Sequence record: DRR378314_1550
Length of the DNA stretch: 64,000 nucleotides
Reading direction: 5' to 3' (one strand)
In this document: positions 27,563-38,056 of the stretch, piece by piece
Numbering within the stretch: the first letter of the stretch is position 1
How the letters are laid out: the number at the start of each line of letters is the position of its first letter
Notes under the pieces: generated by a model
Seen by the model: only the letters and a program-made list of their open reading frames with translations
What the model was told of the DNA's origin: nothing
The model's database searches: none
Position numbers and translations under genes: made by a program

Positions 27563-29482
27563 GTGGCGTTTGATTACGGTTCGATTGATCTTGGATTAAA
27601 AAATCCGTTTAAAACAGAGGGCTTGGTAACCAGTATTCGTGGGGTTGTGCAATCGCTGTTTGGTGTATATTTGCTGGTAGCAGGTGCTGGTTCCGTAAAG
27701 CAAGATCCGATTATGGGGTGGGTGCTGGCTATTTTCGGTATTTCGCTTCTGGCGGTCGGCATTAAAGTACTGAGCGGCGGCATTATGGCAATGCTGCGTT
27801 ACTTTGTTGGCCGTAATCACCCTACGTCACTGGCTCCTAACTTTAGTAAGTCTGAGCGCAGTACCGCGCAGGAAGAGTCGCGTTATGTTGCTTATAACGA
27901 TCAGGCTCTGGAAGAAATGCTTATGGGCCGCAAAAACAGCACCTTTATAGAGCCCAAAGGCTTACTGGCGAGAATAGCTCACACGGTATTTCCCAAGTTA
28001 CTGTTTATGCCTTATCCCATTCGTAATATGGCGCAACGCCTGTTAGGCGCCTGGGTGCGTACTCTTACGGCAATGGTTGCGTTTGGCTTTGCTGCCTTTG
28101 TGTCCCTGGCTGGTTTTGCCGGAGATGCAGGCGTGCTGGCTTTCCCTGTCTACACTGTTTTATTGACGCTTTACATCATGCACGTATGGAAGGCCGCTGG
28201 TAAGGCGATATCTCGCGGGGCAGAGCAGACTATTGACTCTATGGGCAGTGGTGATTTGGTTAAGATTATTGCTTTCGCCTTGTTATTGCCTGTTGTGGTA
28301 GGGCTGGTAGTGAGCTGGTGGATGGCTGCAACAGACGTAACGGCGGCAACGGTTGAGCAGTATTATGCCGCTTTGCCGGACTTTCATGCAGGTTGGTACT
28401 TATTTGGCATTTTTGTTGGCGCTTTAGTTTGCACGGCTGTCACTGTGGTGTTGCTAAAAAGACGTTTAGCCCATGCGAACCCGGTTTCTGAAGTCTCTGA
28501 ATTACGGGAAAACTGGCAGGAGTCGGTGCACCCTAAAGAGATTTTTATCAACCTGGACAATCTGGTCATGGCAAACCGTCGTTATCGCGAAGTGCCAAAC
28601 CGTGTGTATCGCGAATTGGATCCTAACTTGCAGGAACACGTTGACGGCAAAGGTGCCTTTAGCGGGGAGATGATTCAGGAAATTCAGCCTCAGGTAAAAC
28701 CTATGGGACTGGGCGGGTTATTTGATAAATCGCGCTTGGTCAGCTTGTTGCTGGGTAATAGCTTGTTCATTATCGGTGTGGTTTTTACGTTTTTCTTAGC
28801 CTATGCAGCAGTCGATGTGGTCAAACTTCTTGATAGCATGAACTATAGGCTGACTGAAGAGACTCCCTATAGCGACTTAATGACCTTAGCAGGCGTAGTC
28901 ATGACTGCCGTTCATTTTTATCTTATTGGCTATGTCCTGCGGGCATTTGCGGGTTTAGCCGCTAATATCGCGCATCTGTTTTATGCGGAAATTCAGTTTG
29001 AATCCATGCTTATTTACTTTAAGTGCGAAGGAACCTTTACTGAGTCTAAAATCTCAACCGGCACCGGTATTCACGACAGTACTCGCTCAGAGAATACGCT
29101 GGTTCGCAGTAGTATTACTCCCTGGGTTATCGTGTCACGTATTGTGTCGACAACTTTTGCTGCAACCGGAATGAAAAATCTGGAGCATCCGCGACATATT
29201 CTGGAAATGCATAAATCGGATGACGAAATGGCGTCTATCCGTAAGGATGTTATCGACTTCCTGAAAGACCGCGAGTCTATTGCTTCTATAACCAGTAATC
29301 GCGATTTGGGCAATGCCTCACAGATACATCAGTTAAATGAGCAGACCCGCGCCATTCCAACAGACCAGGACAGACTGCAGCAATCGCAGTCGAAGACTTC
29401 TGATGAAGAGGCCGCTGGTTACCTTCGTCAGCAGGAAGAATTGGGCTCAGACAACGACTCTGATACCGACAAAGATCGTTAA
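27563..29482 (+). CDS. Hypothetical polytopic membrane protein
   Basis: 639-aa ORF with paired TM segments separated by soluble blocks; GGGG RBS + GTG. Confidence 0.8.
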   Translation: MAFDYGSIDLGLKNPFKTEGLVTSIRGVVQSLFGVYLLVAGAGSVKQDPIMGWVLAIFGISLLAVGIKVLSGGIMAMLRYFVGRNHPTSLAPNFSKSERSTAQEESRYVAYNDQALEEMLMGRKNSTFIEPKGLLARIAHTVFPKLLFMPYPIRNMAQRLLGAWVRTLTAMVAFGFAAFVSLAGFAGDAGVLAFPVYTVLLTLYIMHVWKAAGKAISRGAEQTIDSMGSGDLVKIIAFALLLPVVVGLVVSWWMAATDVTAATVEQYYAALPDFHAGWYLFGIFVGALVCTAVTVVLLKRRLAHANPVSEVSELRENWQESVHPKEIFINLDNLVMANRRYREVPNRVYRELDPNLQEHVDGKGAFSGEMIQEIQPQVKPMGLGGLFDKSRLVSLLLGNSLFIIGVVFTFFLAYAAVDVVKLLDSMNYRLTEETPYSDLMTLAGVVMTAVHFYLIGYVLRAFAGLAANIAHLFYAEIQFESMLIYFKCEGTFTESKISTGTGIHDSTRSENTLVRSSITPWVIVSRIVSTTFAATGMKNLEHPRHILEMHKSDDEMASIRKDVIDFLKDRESIASITSNRDLGNASQIHQLNEQTRAIPTDQDRLQQSQSKTSDEEAAGYLRQQEELGSDNDSDTDKDR

Positions 29483-29555
29483 TTTCCGACCTTAAAAACC
29501 GCAGGCGGGTGCTTTGCCCGTCTGCACCTGCTACCAAGGTCGTAGTGCAGCACCA

Positions 29556-29582
29556 TAAAGTTTCATGGAAACTGTTCGATAA
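29556..29582 (+). promoter_or_regulatory. Sigma-28 (FliA) promoter of the MCP gene
   Basis: TAAAGTTT-N11-TTCGATAA versus consensus TAAAGTTT-N11-GCCGATAA. Confidence 0.7.
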
Positions 29583-29629
29583 TTATACATGGTACGTTGC
29601 GTTTTTTTACGCCTTACGGAAGCAGATAA

Positions 29630-31183
29630 ATGTCCACAGTTGATGTGAAACCTCCTTTATTGACAACGGTTTTAGCAATAGCCGCCGGTGTCCTTGTCCT
29701 TGCTTTTGTGCCCTGGTTGTGGCTGCAGTTATGTCTGCAAAGCTTATTATTTATTGCCCTGAGCTGGTTTTATGCCCGTTATTTTAGCGCCGCCGGAATA
29801 GCGGATGATGAAGAGCCCTCTGAGGGAGAGGGCACGGATCAGCTGGCCGAAAACTCCGGTAAAAATGCAATAGCAACGGCAGAGCTTAGTTTTGCGATAA
29901 GCCGTTTTAAAACCGTTTTGGCGGATATTGTCGAGCGTTTGAAAGAGAGTGTGGATAACTCGTCACGAGTGAGCGAACGGGCGAAGGGAATAGAAAGCTT
30001 TTCATCGGAAGTGGCTGTTGCTGCAGAGCAAACCAAGCAGATAAGCCACGAAGGCCGCGAGAGAATAAAGCAACTCACTCAGAAGATAGCTCTGGTAGTG
30101 GCGGACAGCCGAGAAAGTGCGGAAGCGGTCAGAGGTCTGCAGGCTAAAGCCGATGATATTCGTAAAGTGACCCAGGTTATTGACAGTATTGCAGAGCAAA
30201 CCAACTTGCTGGCGCTGAATGCATCGATAGAGTCGGCGCGTGCCGGTGAACATGGTCGTGGCTTTGCGGTTGTAGCCGATGAAGTCAGAACGCTGGCCGG
30301 ACGAACTTCGGATGCAACCGTAGAAGTGAGTAATTTGGTGGAAGCGATTCATAATGAAACCACGGTTGCGGTCAATAATATTGAGCAACTGTCAAAGCAC
30401 ATTGAACAGCAGTCAGAGACAACCGAGGGCATTGTTGAACAACTGGCCAGCATTGTAGAACAAGCCGAAACCGTGGAGCAGCAACTGCAAAAAATTACCG
30501 GATTAATGGGTGAGAACGCAGAGGATCTTTCCCGTAATGGTGAGCTTCTGCATTCTGTAAACTCAGACTTATCTGAACAATACCAGCAACTGGATGACGT
30601 AAGCGGGCAGGCCGAGCAACTGGAATTGCAGTCGGAGCAATTGTTCGCGCACCTGGTTGAAAATGATGCCGACGCTGAACATAAAGTGATTTACCAGGCC
30701 GCAACGGACGCCGCTGAACAACTAGGCCAACGTTTGGAGCAGGCTGTTGAGCAAGGCGAGCTGACGTCCACTCAACTGTTCTCCCGTGATTATCAAGCGG
30801 TTCCCGGAACCGAGCCGGTAAAATACAAGACACCATACACGGAGTTTTTCGAGAGTATATTACCCGCTATTCAGGAGCCTACTCTGAAACGACATGAACA
30901 CATTATTTACGCTATAGCCACTGACCCGAAAGGCTATGTAGCGCGGCACAACGACGCGTTTAATAAACCGTTAACAGGTGACCCGAAGAAAGACCTGGTC
31001 GGCAACCGCTCGCGTCGGCTATTTAATGACAAAACCGGGGCACGTTGCGGAGCTCACACGCAAACGTTATTGTTACAGACCTATAAGCGCGATACCGGTG
31101 AGGTTATGCACGACTTATCGGTACCCGTTTATGTAAATGGAAAACATTGGGGCGGCTTCCGTATCGGCTACAAGCCGCTGTAG
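29630..31183 (+). CDS. Methyl-accepting chemotaxis protein with an extra C-terminal domain
   Basis: N-terminal TM hairpin, [32 protein letters not shown]-terminal ~170-aa domain ending WGGFRIGY. Confidence 0.9.
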   Translation: MSTVDVKPPLLTTVLAIAAGVLVLAFVPWLWLQLCLQSLLFIALSWFYARYFSAAGIADDEEPSEGEGTDQLAENSGKNAIATAELSFAISRFKTVLADIVERLKESVDNSSRVSERAKGIESFSSEVAVAAEQTKQISHEGRERIKQLTQKIALVVADSRESAEAVRGLQAKADDIRKVTQVIDSIAEQTNLLALNASIESARAGEHGRGFAVVADEVRTLAGRTSDATVEVSNLVEAIHNETTVAVNNIEQLSKHIEQQSETTEGIVEQLASIVEQAETVEQQLQKITGLMGENAEDLSRNGELLHSVNSDLSEQYQQLDDVSGQAEQLELQSEQLFAHLVENDADAEHKVIYQAATDAAEQLGQRLEQAVEQGELTSTQLFSRDYQAVPGTEPVKYKTPYTEFFESILPAIQEPTLKRHEHIIYAIATDPKGYVARHNDAFNKPLTGDPKKDLVGNRSRRLFNDKTGARCGAHTQTLLLQTYKRDTGEVMHDLSVPVYVNGKHWGGFRIGYKPL

Positions 31184-31236
31184 CCTGACATTCATGTCAG
31201 GTGAGATATAGTTCCTGACGTAAACGTCAGGCTACA
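31179..31236. repeat. GTAG-family REP doublet (REPIN-like)
   Basis: GTAGCCTGACATTCATGTCAGG and an inverted copy, GTAGCCTGACGTTTACGTCAGG, 12 bp apart. Confidence 0.75.
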
Positions 31237-31268
31237 AAGCACCAAGCGAGAATAGGCAACTGAGCAGT

Positions 31269-31838
31269 ATGTCACACGATACCATTGCAATGAATAAAGA
31301 GCGGCAGGACTTAAGTGGCCTGGAGGCTGTCTGGTTATTTGGTTATGGCTCACTGATTTATAAAGTCGACTTTCCGTATCTGGAACGGGCGGCTGCCTCA
31401 ATACAAGGTTGGTCACGACGTTTCTGGCAAGGGTCGCACGACCATCGAGGCACACCAGAAGCTCCGGGCAGGGTACTGACTTTAACAGAAACTCCGGGTG
31501 AAGAATGCACGGGAATGGCCTACAAAGTATCACCCGATGTGTTCGAGCATTTAGATCATCGTGAAAAAAACGGTTATTTAAGATTTACTACGCCGATGAG
31601 TTTTCGTGACGGCAGCCAACAAGAAGGCCTTGTTTATATTGCGACAGAAGACAATGAAGCGTTTCTTGGCGAGGCTACGGCGTCGGAAATTGCCAGCCAT
31701 ATCGCTCGTTCGTCCGGCCCCAGCGGGCCCAATGCCGAATACCTGGTCAAGTTGCAGTTGGCGCTACAGCAACTGGGCGTCAACGACCCTCATATTACTC
31801 AGGTTTATGAGGCCTTAATGGCAGACCGGGCTAGTTAG
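31269..31838 (+). CDS. chaC: ChaC-family gamma-glutamylcyclotransferase
   Basis: WLFGYGSLI, HRGTPEAPGRV, LDHREK, GPSGPNAEY. Confidence 0.9.
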   Translation: MSHDTIAMNKERQDLSGLEAVWLFGYGSLIYKVDFPYLERAAASIQGWSRRFWQGSHDHRGTPEAPGRVLTLTETPGEECTGMAYKVSPDVFEHLDHREKNGYLRFTTPMSFRDGSQQEGLVYIATEDNEAFLGEATASEIASHIARSSGPSGPNAEYLVKLQLALQQLGVNDPHITQVYEALMADRAS

Positions 31839-34098
31839 TGTCCTGAGTAAATACGGTGTCGGCGGTTTGCGGTAACATGTAAAGCTTACCCTGCCAGTAG
31901 TGGCAACCAAATTCGGCGAGTGTATCTAACTGTGCTTGGTTTTCTACGCCTACCGCTTGTACTTCCAACCCCAGCTCTGAGGTCATGCGAATAACCGCAC
32001 GCACCAAATTGCGCGAGCGTTCGTTAGTATCAAGATCGCGAATAAACTCTCTTTCTATTTTAATTTTACTCACCGGCATGGTTTTCAAATGCAGCATACT
32101 GGCAACACCTTTACCGAACCGGTCAATAACCAGAGTTATACCAAGCTGATGTAACTGTTCAATAATTTCCAGAGTGTGCGGTAGCGGTTCTTGTAAGCTG
32201 CTTTCACTTAAATCAAATTCCAGTTTTTCCGCTAGCTTTGGGGTCTTTTTAACAAACTGGCTGACTGTCTGATAAAGCTTCTGTGAAATTTGTTCGGTTG
32301 CCAAATTAATACCGATTTTTCCCGGAACGGTGTTTTGCTCGTGCCAGAGATCAATTTGCTCGATAACCTGTTCAACCACCCATACTCCCAGGGTGTCTAG
32401 CATGCCATTGGCATCAAATTGTGGCAGGAACTGGTCGGGTTTTAATGAGCCAAGGTCGGGGTGCTCCCAGCGCAGCAGAGCCTCAACGCCGACCACCTGA
32501 TGCTGCATGTTAAGCACGGGTTGATACACCAACTGCATTTGCCCGGTTTGCAATACACTGCGTACGTCTTCTTCTAATTGAATTTCATCGTAAGAGCGGG
32601 TTTCCAGCTCTTGTTTAAAGTAAGTGTTGCGCTCATTGTGGTCGTCTTTAGCAGAGTTCATTGCCAAATTGGCCTGAGCCAGAAGCTTTTCGGCATCGTA
32701 GCCGTCGAGTGGGTAAACGCTGGCGCCAATGCTGGCTGCCAGTTGCACCTGCCGCTGGCTGTCCGACAATATGAATGGCGGTTCGTACGCGGCCTGAATT
32801 TCCAGAATAATGTTCTGAATATCGATGTATTCAACAATATGATTCAAAACGACGGCAAATTCATCACCACCGAGGTTATAAAGTTTGGTACCGAAGGGAA
32901 CGGCTTTTTTCAGTCTAAGCGCCAGGCGTTGTAAAATTTTATCGCCAATATGATGACCATACTGGTCATTCACCTGATGGAAATGATTAACGTTCATTAC
33001 AATGACGGCAGCCAACCTGTCGCTGGGCAATTCATCTAATAACCGGGTTAAATCCAGTGCCAGCGAGTTGCTGTTAGGTAAACCGGTTAAGTCGTTAAAA
33101 AAGGCCAGCTTTTGCAATTGCCGCTGCTGCAATTTCATTCGGGTGACATCGCTTAAGGTCGCAATGTAGGCCGCTTCCCCTGGGAAACTAGCCGGGGCTT
33201 CACGAACGGTTAAAATGGCAGAGTAACGCTGTTTATCTATATCGCGACCCACTATCAAAATACTCTGGTTACAGGGGAAGCCTCCGTCAATATCATCAAT
33301 TTCCGTTGCTGATAGGAGTTCCTCGAGTCTTGAATTCAGACAGGCTGATTCGTTCAAGCCGGAAATGTCGGTAAATGGTGTATCAATCGCTATTACCCGA
33401 CGGCGCCCGTCCAAAAGCGCAATGCCTGACAACACGTCATGCTCTGAGTTCTTCCCGGAATTAATGCTGGTGGTATCATAGTAGTCGGCAGAAATATTCG
33501 TCCAGGATCCCTGAAAGCGCAGCGGTTTCTGACTGCTACGGCGAACTTCGTCTCTAACCCAAACGTAATGCCCCTGTTGGTGACGAAAGCGATATTCACA
33601 AACAAATTGTTCTTCTTCAAAGCCGCGTAAAGCTGTTTTCTTTACTGTTTTTACGTCGTTAGGATGAATGTTGTTCAGCCACCAGCCCGGAGCCACTACC
33701 TCTTCTGTTGAGTATCCCAGAATGCGTTCGCAGTTTGTGCTTACCCAGTCGACGCAGAAACCACCAGAATCGAGAGCCCTAAGCTCATAGTGTACGGTTG
33801 GGCTGTTGCCGAGATAGCTATGCAGTAACTCACGAGACTTTTTAAACCGTAAGAACCAAATGCGGCGAATAAAGAAAAACAGAAAAACGACGGATAATGC
33901 GACAAATGCCCAGGGTTCCCATTGAATTAAGGTGGTTTTTATGTCGGCTTCTACCGGTAGCTTAGGAATTAGGGCGTTAGTGCTTATTTCCCAGACAATA
34001 GCAGCAATAATATAGCTGAGCGCCAAAACAACTTCCGGCCGTTTGAAAAAGCGTTTGTGCGACGCTCTGTGCAGTGTTAACTCTCTTTCATCTCTCAT
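31831..34098 (-). CDS. TM-PAS-GGDEF-EAL protein with partly degenerate catalytic motifs
   Basis: PAS (IHPND...EYRF...WV), LGGDEF, EALLRW; DDFG replaced by DRFG. Confidence 0.88.
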   Translation of the reverse strand: MRDERELTLHRASHKRFFKRPEVVLALSYIIAAIVWEISTNALIPKLPVEADIKTTLIQWEPWAFVALSVVFLFFFIRRIWFLRFKKSRELLHSYLGNSPTVHYELRALDSGGFCVDWVSTNCERILGYSTEEVVAPGWWLNNIHPNDVKTVKKTALRGFEEEQFVCEYRFRHQQGHYVWVRDEVRRSSQKPLRFQGSWTNISADYYDTTSINSGKNSEHDVLSGIALLDGRRRVIAIDTPFTDISGLNESACLNSRLEELLSATEIDDIDGGFPCNQSILIVGRDIDKQRYSAILTVREAPASFPGEAAYIATLSDVTRMKLQQRQLQKLAFFNDLTGLPNSNSLALDLTRLLDELPSDRLAAVIVMNVNHFHQVNDQYGHHIGDKILQRLALRLKKAVPFGTKLYNLGGDEFAVVLNHIVEYIDIQNIILEIQAAYEPPFILSDSQRQVQLAASIGASVYPLDGYDAEKLLAQANLAMNSAKDDHNERNTYFKQELETRSYDEIQLEEDVRSVLQTGQMQLVYQPVLNMQHQVVGVEALLRWEHPDLGSLKPDQFLPQFDANGMLDTLGVWVVEQVIEQIDLWHEQNTVPGKIGINLATEQISQKLYQTVSQFVKKTPKLAEKLEFDLSESSLQEPLPHTLEIIEQLHQLGITLVIDRFGKGVASMLHLKTMPVSKIKIEREFIRDLDTNERSRNLVRAVIRMTSELGLEVQAVGVENQAQLDTLAEFGCHYWQGKLYMLPQTADTVFTQDTN

Positions 34099-35786
34099 TA
34101 TCGTATCCGTGCCCAGGGTATCTCTGATTTCTTCAATGACTTACTGAGAATAGAGCCTTGTAATTCCTCACACCCTATTTGCTTTAACAGTAGCAGCTTG
34201 GCGCGATCATTGATGCCCGTGGCTATGGTTGTTAAACCTCGGGCTCTGGCCATTTTGACCATAGAGGCTAACTCTCGTTTTTGATCGCTGTGAGACGTGG
34301 CTTTTTGCACTAATTCCTCAGACAGTTTTACCGCATCTACAGGCAGCACAAAAAGTGACTGTATAGTGGAGCGGCCTTCCCCAAAATGCGAGGCAATAAC
34401 ATTACAGCCAATGCTGCGTAGACGTTCCAGATAGCGTTTCGATTTGTCGGAAAGTGACATTAAGGCTCGTTCACTGACCTCGATATTAATATTTTGTGCT
34501 GGAAATTTGGTTTCCTGCAGCTCGTGCGCTAACACATTAAGTACAAGCGGGTCGACAATGTCATTAATGGTCACGTTAATAGCGACGCGTACAGTCACTT
34601 TTTGTTTTTGCCATACCCGCAGGTCTTTAAATGTGCGTTGAATAATCCATGACGTAAATTGCTGAGTTAAAGAAGCCTCTTCTATCATTGGCTTAAATTC
34701 TTCTAAACTCATACTCCCCCGCTTGGGGTGCACCCACTTGGCTGAAACTTCCAGTACCGAAAAGTAGCCTGAATTGGTGTTCAGGCGTGGCTGATAGTAA
34801 AGCTGAATATCATTATTCTTCATTGCCTCGCTAAACTGACGCGAAAAAGTGACCTCTTCAATTTGATCAATGGCCTCATTTTGTTCCAGAAACGAAAACT
34901 GTTGTTTCTTTTGAAAGGCATTGAAGGCGTGTGACTGAGCTTCGTCGAAAACTTTCTGGTGGTCTTCTTTAAGTTGTTCTTTTTTCACCCTAAGCACACC
35001 AGCGGTGCTGTCCATTTGATAAGAAACACCGTCAATGACTATGGGTTGCTCCAAAAAGCTTTCTATTTTTTGTTGCAGTTCTTTTGAGTTTTCTTCAGCT
35101 TCAGAGCGAACCCCAACCAGCTCATTTCTTGATGTCTGACCAACTTGCACCTGGTCTCCAAGGAGTTTTTTCAGTTGAACAGCCATTTGCTTAACAAGTT
35201 CGTTGGCTTTTTCAGTTCCTACTTGCTGCTGAATTTTGTCCATATTCTGTAAGCGGAAGTTGAAAATATCGACCAGGTCATCGGGTGAACTGCCTTTTCC
35301 ATGGCCAATGCTTTCTAACTGTCTTAGCAGGGCGTTGATATTGGGAAGGTCGGTTCCCTGGTATTTGAATTTGGCCGTTTTTTCGGCACCACTTAATTCT
35401 TTTATGACTTTGGCAACCATTCCCGCCATAGTGGCCACAAGAGTATAGGCGACCATACGGAGCATCCAGCCGCCGACAATTTCGTTGCCGCTTATCAGCG
35501 ACTCGGAAAAAGAAAAGGGGCTGAGTAATAGGCCACACATGAAACCAGCCAGGGCACCAATGCGTGACCCCAGCAGTAAACCGGTAAAAATTAATGGAAA
35601 GTAAAGTAGGTGCTCGTAAAGGCTCGGAAGCCCGCCCGTTATCTCAATGACCCTGATAATAGCCGCAATCAGTATCGCCAACACGAAGCCCATGAACACC
35701 TGTTTTTCGGCGTTCATCTCGGTGAAGTTGACGACACTTTCTTTGAGCCAGCTGGTAAAGCTGTTTGGGTCTTCCAATTTAGGCAT
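34098..35786 (-). CDS. Membrane-anchored degenerate GGDEF-EAL protein
   Basis: About 4 TM helices, TDLPN, QTSRNEL in place of GGDEF, YQP...EVSAKW, ASHFG. Confidence 0.8.
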   Translation of the reverse strand: MPKLEDPNSFTSWLKESVVNFTEMNAEKQVFMGFVLAILIAAIIRVIEITGGLPSLYEHLLYFPLIFTGLLLGSRIGALAGFMCGLLLSPFSFSESLISGNEIVGGWMLRMVAYTLVATMAGMVAKVIKELSGAEKTAKFKYQGTDLPNINALLRQLESIGHGKGSSPDDLVDIFNFRLQNMDKIQQQVGTEKANELVKQMAVQLKKLLGDQVQVGQTSRNELVGVRSEAEENSKELQQKIESFLEQPIVIDGVSYQMDSTAGVLRVKKEQLKEDHQKVFDEAQSHAFNAFQKKQQFSFLEQNEAIDQIEEVTFSRQFSEAMKNNDIQLYYQPRLNTNSGYFSVLEVSAKWVHPKRGSMSLEEFKPMIEEASLTQQFTSWIIQRTFKDLRVWQKQKVTVRVAINVTINDIVDPLVLNVLAHELQETKFPAQNINIEVSERALMSLSDKSKRYLERLRSIGCNVIASHFGEGRSTIQSLFVLPVDAVKLSEELVQKATSHSDQKRELASMVKMARARGLTTIATGINDRAKLLLLKQIGCEELQGSILSKSLKKSEIPWARIR

Positions 35787-35897
35787 TTATTCTTATCAGT
35801 TGTGATAAATTAGGCAGTTAGCTATCTTGAGGTTGTTATCAATCTTAACTTCTGTCAAGTATTTAAGCCGAGAATCATTAACATCAAGGAACCAGCT

Positions 35898-36944
35898 ATG
35901 CGGGAATCTTTAGAACGGCGGTCATTTTTACTGACATTGATTTTAGTTAGTATCGCCTTCGCCTGGGTACTTATACCGTTTTGGGGAGCTATTTTTTGGG
36001 CTTGTGTGGTGACTGTTATTTTTTACCCGCTACAACAAAAACTGAAAAAGACGTTTGGAGACAAGCCAAACAGAGCGGCTCTTGTAACTTTGCTGATTGC
36101 ATTGGTTATTGTGGTGATTCCGGCGCTGGGTATTTCATATTCCTTTGTGCAGGAGGGGGTTAGTTTTTATCAGCGGCTGGACGAAGGCAAAATTAACCCC
36201 GGTAAGCTCTTTGATGATATTCAAAAGGCGTTTCCGGTTATTAGTGACTTGCTTGCTCAGTTTGATATTAAAGCCAGCGATGTACGGGAGAAAATATCAT
36301 CAGGAGCCGTTAGTGGTAGTAAGTTTTTGGCAGAAGAAGCGTTAAGCATCGGTCAAAATACATTCTCTTTTATCATTAGCCTCTCGCTAATGATTTATTT
36401 GACCTTTTTCCTTTTGCGAGACGGTCACTTGCTGATTGACCTTTTAGTAAAAGCGCTGCCTTTGGGCGATGAACGAGAACGTAAGCTGTTTACTAAATTT
36501 GCAGAGGTAACTCGGGCAACAGTGAAAGGAAACATTGTTGTGGCAATAGTTCAGGGCACATTGGGTGGCATAATTTTCGCGTTACTGGGTATTCCCGGAG
36601 CCCTGCTGTGGGGTGTCGTCATGGCCTTTTTGTCGTTAATCCCGGCGGTTGGCGCGAGTCTGGTATGGCTACCGGTATCTATTTATTTGTATGCGACAGG
36701 TAACTGGATAGCCGGTACCATTCTAGTGGCTTACGGGGCAATAGTCATTGGTTTGGCCGACAACGTACTGCGTCCGGTTTTGGTAGGGCGTGATACGAAA
36801 TTACCGGATTATCTGGTGCTGTTTTCTACCTTAGGCGGTTTATCGCTGTTTGGTATTACCGGGTTTGTTTTAGGGCCGCTGGTTGCGGCCCTGTTTTTGG
36901 TGTTCTGGGATATCTTTATGAACGAGTTTAATAGCGTTTCTTAA
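35898..36944 (+). CDS. AI-2E family transporter
   Basis: FFLLRDG, IPAVG, DNVLRP, GFVLGP. Confidence 0.9.
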   Translation: MRESLERRSFLLTLILVSIAFAWVLIPFWGAIFWACVVTVIFYPLQQKLKKTFGDKPNRAALVTLLIALVIVVIPALGISYSFVQEGVSFYQRLDEGKINPGKLFDDIQKAFPVISDLLAQFDIKASDVREKISSGAVSGSKFLAEEALSIGQNTFSFIISLSLMIYLTFFLLRDGHLLIDLLVKALPLGDERERKLFTKFAEVTRATVKGNIVVAIVQGTLGGIIFALLGIPGALLWGVVMAFLSLIPAVGASLVWLPVSIYLYATGNWIAGTILVAYGAIVIGLADNVLRPVLVGRDTKLPDYLVLFSTLGGLSLFGITGFVLGPLVAALFLVFWDIFMNEFNSVS

Positions 36945-38056
36945 AGTTGTGGGCGCGAGTATCCCCCAACACTGCCGTTGGGGGATAACACCCATTGCCA
37001 CAACTGGATGTCGCGCGCACGGAATGCACCAGCACAGGACAGCAAATAGTATTTCCACATACGATAAAATTCGTCATCAAACTGTGACTTAATAGATGGC
37101 CAGGCTTTATCGAAATTCTCAAACCAGGCCATTAAGGTTTTATCGTAATCGGCACCAAAGTTGTGCAGGTCTTCGCAGACAAACTTTTCTTCCAGTGCCG
37201 TTCCTATTTGTGAAATAGACGGAATTTCGCCATTCGGGAAAATGTACTTGCTGATCCACGGGTCGGCTGCGGTATCACTGACGTTTTTACCAATAGTGTG
37301 CAGCAGGAACAGGCCGTCTTCTTTGGTGCAGCGCAGAGCGACATCCATATAGTCGTCGTAGTTCTTCTGACCGACATGCTCAAACATTCCTAAGCTGATA
37401 ACGCGGTCAAACTGTTCGTCCAGCTCGCGGTAGTCCTGTAGCCGGAATTCTACCGGAAGGCCTTTGCAGCGTTCTTTGCCAAGGGCTACCTGCTCTTTGG
37501 ATATAGTGACACCAACACATTCGACACCGTAGTTTTCAGCGGCATACTGCATGAAGCTGCCCCAGCCACAACCAATATCAAGAACGCGCATGCCAGGCTT
37601 CAGTCCCAGCTTTTTACAGCACAGTTCAAGTTTATGCCGTTGTGCTTCGTCAACGTCTTTGGCTTTTTCCCAGTAACCACAGGTGTAAACCATACGCTCA
37701 TCGAGCATAGACTGATAAAGGTCATTGCCCATGTCGTAATGATGCTGACCAACCTCCCAGGCTTTGGATTTACTTTGTAAGTTGAAGACTCGGCTTTTTA
37801 AGGAATGGAAAATAAGGCGGGCGGGGTTAACTTCATCCTGAATGCCGGAGCGTAGTAGTTGGAAGAAAAACTGGTCAAGTGATTCGGCGTCCCACAAACG
37901 AGCCATATAGGATTCACCCAAGCCAAGATTACCGCGCGACAGTGCCTGATCAAATACGGTTTCATCGTGAACCTGCATATCCCAGGCTCTGTCACCGTTA
38001 ATGCGGATATCTGCTTTTGCTAAAAGCTCTTCAACATACTCTCGTGATGTCGACAT
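36941..38056 (-). CDS. cfa: Cyclopropane-fatty-acyl-phospholipid synthase
   Basis: GLGESYM, HYD, YTCGYW, VLDIGCGWG, GMFEHVG, YIFP; likely start ATG at 38056. Confidence 0.93.
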   Translation of the reverse strand: MSTSREYVEELLAKADIRINGDRAWDMQVHDETVFDQALSRGNLGLGESYMARLWDAESLDQFFFQLLRSGIQDEVNPARLIFHSLKSRVFNLQSKSKAWEVGQHHYDMGNDLYQSMLDERMVYTCGYWEKAKDVDEAQRHKLELCCKKLGLKPGMRVLDIGCGWGSFMQYAAENYGVECVGVTISKEQVALGKERCKGLPVEFRLQDYRELDEQFDRVISLGMFEHVGQKNYDDYMDVALRCTKEDGLFLLHTIGKNVSDTAADPWISKYIFPNGEIPSISQIGTALEEKFVCEDLHNFGADYDKTLMAWFENFDKAWPSIKSQFDDEFYRMWKYYLLSCAGAFRARDIQLWQWVLSPNGSVGGYSRPQL

